DNA of 11,436 nt, counting the filler, from an uncultured Methanosarcinales archaeon (GTDB lineage: Archaea; Nanobdellota; Nanobdellia; Woesearchaeales; DATDXC01), in assembly GCA_964510025.1 (NCBI GenBank). It is 3 parts of 3 records of this genome, joined end to end, with 100 filler letters (N's around TTAATTAATTAA, not from the genome) between each part and the next. Parts side by side here need not be neighbours in the genome. Positions count along the whole stretch, not along the records: positions 4,993 to 8,667 come from CAZDZV010000032.1; positions 8,768 to 11,436 come from CAZDZV010000033.1; 1 more part is not named here. One strand, written 5' to 3'. Below are positions 6,351-11,436 of this stretch, one piece after another; position 1 is the first letter of the stretch; each line of letters opens with the position of its first letter. The position numbers were made by a program, and so were the translations under genes. The notes beneath the pieces are model-generated. The model worked only from the letters and a program-made list of their open reading frames with translations, was not told where the DNA came from and made no database searches.

Positions 6351-8579
6351 ATGTCAGAAAAAATACCTCTATTATTATCGAAAGACAAGAAGAATCCCTA
6401 CATTTCAGTCTATAAATCTTCCGGAAACTCAGAAGCGTATGATGTCTACTTTGAATTGGCGCTTCTTGAAAAGGTTAACAATGGATTAAACAGTTTTCAG
6501 GGCAAGCATTTAGTTGCACGGCTTTACAATGCCAATTTTGAAAGGAAGAGGTTAGTCGAAACTTTTGGAGTTGCACTGACAACGATAAGACGCTGGGGCA
6601 ATGCCCTTAAAACCGGCGATATAGAAGTGATGATTCAGGCTTTTTCCGGCCAGGGAGCTACGCCTAAGATAACCCCGGATATTGATCGCTACATACGTGT
6701 TAGTTTCAGCGAGATATATCCCAATAATTCCTACAGCTATTCGAAGGAAATTCTTTCCGGAATAGAGAATGTCTTTAATGTAAATCTCAGTTCGGAGTCG
6801 ATTCGCCCTATAATTAATGAAGAAAAGGCAAAACTGAAATCCGTTGTCAAAGATGATAAAGAAGATAATGATTCAGCTTCTCATACTATTGCAGGTAAGG
6901 CTGTTGAAAAAGTGGATATAAACACATCTCAAAATGTCAATTCCGGAGCGAATACCTGTGAAAGTACGCAGCCTGTAAGTTCACAGAAGTCAGACAATCG
7001 CAAGCATTCGCTCTCCTGCCTCAATCCTCAACCGGATATAAAAGTCCACCATATAGGCCTTGTACTTGCTTACAGCATGATTAAATCATTGGAGTTTGAC
7101 CAGAAAATAACCTACCAGTGGCTTACATCCGTTCTTCTGGGCTATGTCAACCTGGAGCAGACGGAAGCTGTAGATTTTAAATCTCTTGAACTTCTGCTCG
7201 GGCAAAACTGCATTACCTCGGCGAGACACCAGCATTCAATCCTTACCAAGATATCTTCAAAAGAAAATACGGAGCAGGTTTTCAGGGAAAATGCTAAGTT
7301 GATTGGAGTTGATCCCAATGGCATTTTTTATTATGATCCACACGGCCTGGCGTACACAGGAATGCAGGAAATCCTGAAAGGCTGGTGCGGAGCTATGGGA
7401 AAGGTAGTCAAGGTTAATTATCAGGATTTTTTCCACGACGTCCAGGGAAATCCTCTGTATATGCAGATACACGATAATCGCTTTGATATGCGTGAAAGAT
7501 TGCTTAGACAAATTGATGATTTCAAGAGAGTTGCCCTGGGAGACATAAATGCATCTCCCACCCTTGTAATTGATAGAGGAATTTACGGAAAAAACAAAAT
7601 GGAAAAAATAGACAATATGGGCATTGGACTTGTAACCTGGGAAAAGAACTACAGGAAAGATGCCTGGGATGACAAGAGCAATGTTACTGAATTTCTGATT
7701 GAACGTCCTAAAAATTGCGATACTGACATAAAAACCTGGCAGGTAAAATTTATACAAGATAGATCATGGAACAAAATAAATAATTTTTACAGGCTTATTG
7801 TCAGAATAAAAGCTCCGAAAAAAGGCAGGAACGGTGTTCAGAAAGAAGCAGAAGTCAGCATTCTTACAAATGGTAAAATTGACGATCAGAAAGCAGTTCT
7901 CGCCATGCTTAATCGGTGGATACAGGAGAATGATTTTAAATATATGATTAAGCACTTTGGCTTGAATGAGATTACTTCGTACAAGGCAAAACAATACTCT
8001 TATGAAATGCTTGACAGATTAGAGATTGAAAAGAAAATTCACTCTGATGAATACAAGCAATACAGCAGGGACTTACGTAAACAACGCGAAAAGCTGAAGA
8101 CTATTCTTCTCGAAAAAGATAAATGCTCAAGGAAAGCAAAGGTCTTTAAAAAAGAAGCAATATATAACCAACTGATTGCATCAATCGAAACTCTTGAGCA
8201 ATGCAAAAAAAACGAGAACGGTAAAGTTGGTAAACTGGAAATTCTTATTCAGAAGAATACCAAAATCCTTAATTCAAATAAAAAATACTATCTTGATTCG
8301 GTAAAAATACTGGCACGGAATATTTTCTGCAAACTGATGGACACTTTCAGACCAATATACAATAATTACCGGGAAGACCACAAGCTTGTAAGAGAACTGA
8401 CAAGAGCTTCAGGAATGCTGCAGGTAACAGAAACTCAGTTAAACTTTAAGATTGACACAACAAGAAACTACAGCAGAACACAGAAAAAAGCAGTCAATAT
8501 TTTCCTGACAACACTTTCCGCAAAGATAAGAGAGAATGCAATATTTTCCAGACAGGTTAATATAGGTTTAATCGATTAG
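6351..8579 (+). CDS. Large DDE transposase (IS4-superfamily-like catalytic core) with N-terminal HTH module, 742 aa
   Basis: HTH-like LVETFGVALTTIRRWG and LSSESIRPII. Candidate catalytic triad FYYDPH / LVIDRG / RWIQENDFK (R-x3-E-x2-F-K as in IS4/IS1634/IS701-type enzymes). A charged coiled-coil segment follows the catalytic Glu. The stop lies 4 nt before the right TIR. Confidence 0.9.
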   Translation: MSEKIPLLLSKDKKNPYISVYKSSGNSEAYDVYFELALLEKVNNGLNSFQGKHLVARLYNANFERKRLVETFGVALTTIRRWGNALKTGDIEVMIQAFSGQGATPKITPDIDRYIRVSFSEIYPNNSYSYSKEILSGIENVFNVNLSSESIRPIINEEKAKLKSVVKDDKEDNDSASHTIAGKAVEKVDINTSQNVNSGANTCESTQPVSSQKSDNRKHSLSCLNPQPDIKVHHIGLVLAYSMIKSLEFDQKITYQWLTSVLLGYVNLEQTEAVDFKSLELLLGQNCITSARHQHSILTKISSKENTEQVFRENAKLIGVDPNGIFYYDPHGLAYTGMQEILKGWCGAMGKVVKVNYQDFFHDVQGNPLYMQIHDNRFDMRERLLRQIDDFKRVALGDINASPTLVIDRGIYGKNKMEKIDNMGIGLVTWEKNYRKDAWDDKSNVTEFLIERPKNCDTDIKTWQVKFIQDRSWNKINNFYRLIVRIKAPKKGRNGVQKEAEVSILTNGKIDDQKAVLAMLNRWIQENDFKYMIKHFGLNEITSYKAKQYSYEMLDRLEIEKKIHSDEYKQYSRDLRKQREKLKTILLEKDKCSRKAKVFKKEAIYNQLIASIETLEQCKKNENGKVGKLEILIQKNTKILNSNKKYYLDSVKILARNIFCKLMDTFRPIYNNYREDHKLVRELTRASGMLQVTETQLNFKIDTTRNYSRTQKKAVNIFLTTLSAKIRENAIFSRQVNIGLID
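6984..7015 (+). repeat. Internal TIR-like sequence inside the transposase ORF
   Basis: CAGAAGTCAGA matches the outer box at 10/11. It runs directly into ACAATCGCAAG (11/11 to the right-end inner box region) and then CGCTCTC (7/7, shifted by 1 nt). Orientation is the same as the left TIR. Confidence 0.7.
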
Positions 8580-8583
8580 AAAA

Positions 8584-8630
8584 AGAGAGCGTTCAACTTG
8601 CGATTGTTTGCCCAAAATATCTGAGTTCTG
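8584..8630 (-). repeat. Right bipartite terminal inverted repeat
   Basis: The reverse complement reads CAGAACTCAGATATT (8630-8616), a 10-nt spacer, then AATCGCAAGTTGAACGCTCTCT (8605-8584). Confidence 0.9.
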
Positions 8631-8667
8631 ATAAAACATTCTAATTTTGAATGGACTTTATCTTCAA

Positions 8668-8767
8668 NNNNNNNNNNNNNNNNNNNNNNNNNNNNNNNNN
8701 NNNNNNNNNNNTTAATTAATTAANNNNNNNNNNNNNNNNNNNNNNNNNNNNNNNNNNNNNNNNNNNN
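8668..8767. other. Artificial contig-joining linker (N44-TTAATTAATTAA-N44)
   Basis: Identical 100-bp structure to 4893-4992. Confidence 0.97.
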
Positions 8768-8800
8768 CATTCGCTACACTAAATTCAGGAAAGGCGTGTC

Positions 8801-8938
8801 TCATTTTGCTTGACACATTCCGGTATTTCTTAACATGGGGTTATTGAGAAAATCAGCTTCCTCTAAAGTCTCCATCTTCTTATAGAAAGCTTCCATCTCT
8901 TTTTCCATGTAAGAACTGTTGTCTCTTTTATTTCTCAT
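8801..8938 (-). CDS. Short hypothetical ORF (45 aa, MRNKRDNSSYMEKEMEAF...), possibly the frameshifted start of a longer gene running off the contig
   Basis: The ATG lies 3 nt after the upstream stop, with AAGGA in front. Its TGA overlaps another ATG (8804) whose frame is open to the contig end. Not in the supplied ORF track. Confidence 0.5.
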   Translation of the reverse strand: MRNKRDNSSYMEKEMEAFYKKMETLEEADFLNNPMLRNTGMCQAK

Positions 8939-8941
8939 TTT

Positions 8942-9355
8942 CTAATCCTTAAACGGAACCAGGAAGAGTTGCTTGATATAGCTATAAACAGATGTTCTTA
9001 TTCCGCATCTTTTGCAGTAATGCTTGTTATCAATTATCCTTCTGTCTATCGGACAAGTCGGGGTCCCGCATTTTGTGCACAAAGTGATTTTGCTCTTCGA
9101 GACAAGATGGCCTTTTGAGCATCTCGCCAGGTGAAACTCCGGATTTGTGGGCATTCCGTCCGATGAGAATGATATTCTCTGGGTCTCCCTTAAGCTTATT
9201 CCCGTCTCAGAAAAGCTCGTACTCGAAACTGATTCAGAGACCACGCCATTTGTAATTGAATCCATTACTTCAATGGTGTTGACTTTCTCCTTCTTCATTC
9301 CCTTCCCTGGTTGCTCTTGCTGGTCTTGAATTAAATTGATAAATTCATCCTTCAT
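8942..9355 (-). CDS. Hypothetical protein with C-terminal multi-Cys zinc finger, 137 aa
   Basis: Start reassigned to ATG 9355 (MKDEFINL), preceded by TAAGGAG at good spacing. The C-terminus reads C-SKG-H...CTKC...CPID...YCKRC, followed by a short hydrophobic tail. Confidence 0.8.
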   Translation of the reverse strand: MKDEFINLIQDQQEQPGKGMKKEKVNTIEVMDSITNGVVSESVSSTSFSETGISLRETQRISFSSDGMPTNPEFHLARCSKGHLVSKSKITLCTKCGTPTCPIDRRIIDNKHYCKRCGIRTSVYSYIKQLFLVPFKD

Positions 9356-9366
9356 TGATCTACTCC

Positions 9367-9456
9367 TTATCCGCATTGACTCCATCCACATAAGGGACAG
9401 AACTTACAACCTGCCTGGTGAACGAGTGGATAACCACAATCTGGACAAGTTTCCAT
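9367..9456 (-). CDS. 29-aa six-cysteine zinc-ribbon microprotein (METCPDCGYPLVHQAGCKFCPLCGWSQCG)
   Basis: Translated by hand. AAAGGAG lies 6 nt before ATG 9456, and the TAA stop overlaps the TAAGGAG RBS of the next gene. The pattern CPxCG-x7-GC-x2-C-x2-CG(W)SxCG resembles the C-terminal Cys-rich tail of NrdJ/TSCPD-type class II ribonucleotide reductases. Confidence 0.8.
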   Translation of the reverse strand: METCPDCGYPLVHQAGCKFCPLCGWSQCG

Positions 9457-9503
9457 TATGGACTCCTTTAAAGGAAGGCTCTCCAGGAGCTCTGAATCCC
9501 TTT

Positions 9504-9896
9504 CTACTTTTTCTGGTCCTTTGCTTCTCTTGTAACCTCCTTGGACTGCGGTGGCTTTTTCTCTTCCCTGAAAAGCTCGGCAAGTGCAAGAATGGTCTTT
9601 ACGTCTACAACAAGAGGACGGCGAATATTTTTGCCGTTAAACTCGTTAATGATCTGTCCGTCCTCGTTGATCTTGGCGATGATGTAGGTCCCGAGATTCC
9701 CAAGCTTAAAATCCTCTTTGCCTTCTTTTCCTTTCTTGAGGACATAATCCTCGGGCATGGGGACAAAGGGAACACCATGCTCACGAAGAGGGTCCAGAGT
9801 GTTCTGTTGGATGGTTTCGAGCTTGCCAGTTTCAAAATTGTAAATCTGGCTGGTAACATCCATGTCCTTCGCCATGAGAACAATTTTTTCCTTCAT
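9504..9896 (-). CDS. Hypothetical protein, 130 aa
   Basis: AAGGAG RBS 8 nt before ATG 9896, plausible composition, co-oriented with neighbours. No recognisable motif. Confidence 0.8.
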   Translation of the reverse strand: MKEKIVLMAKDMDVTSQIYNFETGKLETIQQNTLDPLREHGVPFVPMPEDYVLKKGKEGKEDFKLGNLGTYIIAKINEDGQIINEFNGKNIRRPLVVDVKTILALAELFREEKKPPQSKEVTREAKDQKK

Positions 9897-10073
9897 CTTT
9901 CTTTCTCCTTTTTCCGTTGTTTGATTAAAACCTTATTGCCCCATCGCTTGCTTTTGTTTTCTTTTCTGTGCTTCCCTCCTTTCCTTAATTGGATAAAAAA
10001 TTCTATATATAGCTACATTTATTTTTCTTTCCACCATTTTGCTTGAGGAAAATATAGGCAATTCATCAGTGTT

Positions 10074-10607
10074 TTAAATTTTGCTTGTCATCACTCCCTT
10101 CAGATTTAAAGAAGTAGGTTTGTTTTTGAGGTGTTGGACTCCAAGCAGTAATAATCTTATCTGCTCAGCATATGATGAGACAGTCAAAGCTTTGCACAAA
10201 GATATCCATTTAACACTTTCTAACTCAGAAGGGTTCGGAGCTATATTCAGTGCTTCGAAATTTGACAGTTTCAACAAATAAGGTTTTAATATAATTTGCT
10301 TGCCTGAGGTAGAGTATGTCACAAGGTCATAGTTTAGATACAAAAAGCGATTGGGGCTTATATATATGGACAATTCTTCGCGTAAGCAACGGGCTGCTGT
10401 CTCAAGGACTTTTTCATCTCGTTCAGCTTTTTCTGAAAACGCGGATGCAATGCGACTGTCCTTCCTTTCATTAACACAAAGCTCTCCTTTTTTATTAGTA
10501 ATGTAGATTAGTACAACTGTTTGGAGATAAGCTTTCTCAATAGACAGTTCAGAAAGACATTCACTTGCAGTGAGTATAAGCCTCTGATTATTTGCAGACT
10601 TTGTCAT
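10074..10607 (-). CDS. NUDIX-fold hydrolase (IDI-like, degenerate Nudix box), 177 aa
   Basis: VVLIYITNKKGELCVNER, Nudix-box-like EKAERDEKVLETAARCLREELSI, and PNPSELESVKWIS. Confidence 0.8.
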   Translation of the reverse strand: MTKSANNQRLILTASECLSELSIEKAYLQTVVLIYITNKKGELCVNERKDSRIASAFSEKAERDEKVLETAARCLREELSIYISPNRFLYLNYDLVTYSTSGKQIILKPYLLKLSNFEALNIAPNPSELESVKWISLCKALTVSSYAEQIRLLLLGVQHLKNKPTSLNLKGVMTSKI

Positions 10608-10657
10608 GATTAATCCAAATTAGTTTCATTTTTCCAGTTTAAACTTAAAAACTTTTC

Positions 10658-11284
10658 CTACCAGGCAGTAGGTGCTTTCCTAAACTTTTGGTCACATTTC
10701 AGACACCGCGCTTCCAATTCCACAGCAGCCCTGATGTTAGTGCACCCACAGCTCCATTTTTGCATTTTGCTTGACCCTGTTTGATTTATTCTTATTGGCT
10801 CGTCTTTCGGGAGGGGGATAGCTGAGTCATCCACATTGTAACGAGCCAAGATATCTCTAAAGGCCCCTGGGAGAATGCCCAGATGCCTTCCACGTTCATC
10901 AATGACAATTCCAAAGGAACGAGCCTTTTTTCTAAAGGCTTTGTTATGATACCCCCCCTTACCTGCCTTACCGTGAAGGTCTTGCCATTCATGCAGGAGT
11001 TCGTGGAAGAGAATTTCAAGTATTTGGGCTAATGAAAGAATTAGGCTTTTCTGATTAATAGTTATCTCATGTCGCAGTCCAAATCCATTACGACCATAGT
11101 GATAAGTACCGAATGCCCGGATATTATCAATCTGTAAAGCAGGGGTGTCTATCTCGAGGCCAAACTCTTGGTTGAAGATGTCTGTCCATTCATAGAATAT
11201 GTGGACAAGCTCTTTGTAATGCCAGTCGTCTATGGACCCGGCGTGGTCTTTAAGCGCTTTATTGATGGATTCATGCTCTACCAT
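10658..11284 (-). CDS. SprT-like zinc metalloprotease with C-terminal Cys4 ribbon
   Basis: ILFHELLHEWQ (HExxH), GGYHNKAF (third His), HEITIN strand, and C-terminal KWSCGC...ARCLKCDQKF. The start is most likely ATG 11284 (AAGGT upstream); 11308 and 11359 are alternatives. Confidence 0.88.
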   Translation of the reverse strand: MVEHESINKALKDHAGSIDDWHYKELVHIFYEWTDIFNQEFGLEIDTPALQIDNIRAFGTYHYGRNGFGLRHEITINQKSLILSLAQILEILFHELLHEWQDLHGKAGKGGYHNKAFRKKARSFGIVIDERGRHLGILPGAFRDILARYNVDDSAIPLPKDEPIRINQTGSSKMQKWSCGCTNIRAAVELEARCLKCDQKFRKAPTAW

Positions 11285-11343
11285 GACAAACCTTGGTCTA
11301 TATCCCATGCTATGTGCGTGCCAACTTACTGATTTAATTATGT

Positions 11344-11360
11344 TATCACACGATATCACA
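11344..11360. promoter_or_regulatory. Tandem TATCACA direct repeat (10-bp period) upstream of the SprT-like gene; possible operator
   Basis: TATCACA at 11344-11350 and again at 11354-11360. Confidence 0.3.
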
Positions 11361-11436
11361 AGACATGAAGGTAGAAGTAATGTAAGCGTCCGGCCAACTG
11401 CCCCTCATAATCGGAGAGCATATTGCATATGAATAG

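Larger units (their letters stand above)
5570..8630 (+). mobile_element. 3061-bp DDE insertion sequence / transporter IS (transposase plus divergent passenger gene)
   Basis: Bounded by inverted repeats beginning CAG and ending CTG. It contains a DDE transposase, is sharply more AT-rich than the left flank, and interrupts a gene. No target-site duplication is visible. Confidence 0.85.

Noticed and set aside
9404..9589. 61-aa minus-strand ORF, and the 9391 start for the zinc-finger gene
   Set aside because: Both overlap the better-supported 29-aa microprotein out of frame and lack an RBS.
9933..10037. 34-aa minus-strand ORF MVERKINVAIYRIF... in the NUDIX/130-aa gap
   Set aside because: No RBS and no motif; the region is more likely a promoter or leader.
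9336..10046. 236-aa plus-strand ORF
   Set aside because: It is the antisense shadow of RBS-supported minus-strand genes; its Phe/Leu richness mirrors their Lys/Glu codons.
1..11436. CRISPR array, tRNA/rRNA, or an RNA-guided nuclease (TnpB/IscB/IS110) system
   Set aside because: I saw no regularly spaced repeats, no cloverleaf or rRNA-like sequence, and no RuvC/HNH/DEDD motifs. The element has only about 100 bp of internal non-coding space.

Overview
The window is not one locus. It holds three apparently unrelated contigs joined by two identical artificial 100-bp linkers (N44-TTAATTAATTAA-N44, at 4893-4992 and 8668-8767). Contig A (1-4892) is archaeal, probably DPANN/Woesearchaeota-like. It carries a divergent RimK-like ATP-grasp ligase, a class I SAM methyltransferase, ABCE1/RLI and a 5'-partial HExxH (gluzincin, DUF885-like) metallopeptidase, with TATA boxes placed for leaderless transcripts. 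Contig B (4993-8667) is GC-rich bacterial DNA: the 3' end of a secreted beta-helix-type gene, then a signal-peptide gene cut off by an AT-rich 3061-bp transposable element (5570-8630). The element encodes a 742-aa HTH+DDE transposase and a divergent 206-aa passenger gene. It has bipartite terminal inverted repeats, and a third end-like copy lies inside the transposase ORF (6984-7015). Contig C (8768-11436) is a minus-strand string of small genes resembling a mobile element: SprT-like protease, degenerate NUDIX, a 130-aa hypothetical, an unannotated 29-aa six-Cys zinc-ribbon microprotein resembling the C-terminal tail of class II ribonucleotide reductases, a zinc-finger protein and a short or frameshifted ORF. 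All family assignments come from motif recognition by eye; no searches were run.
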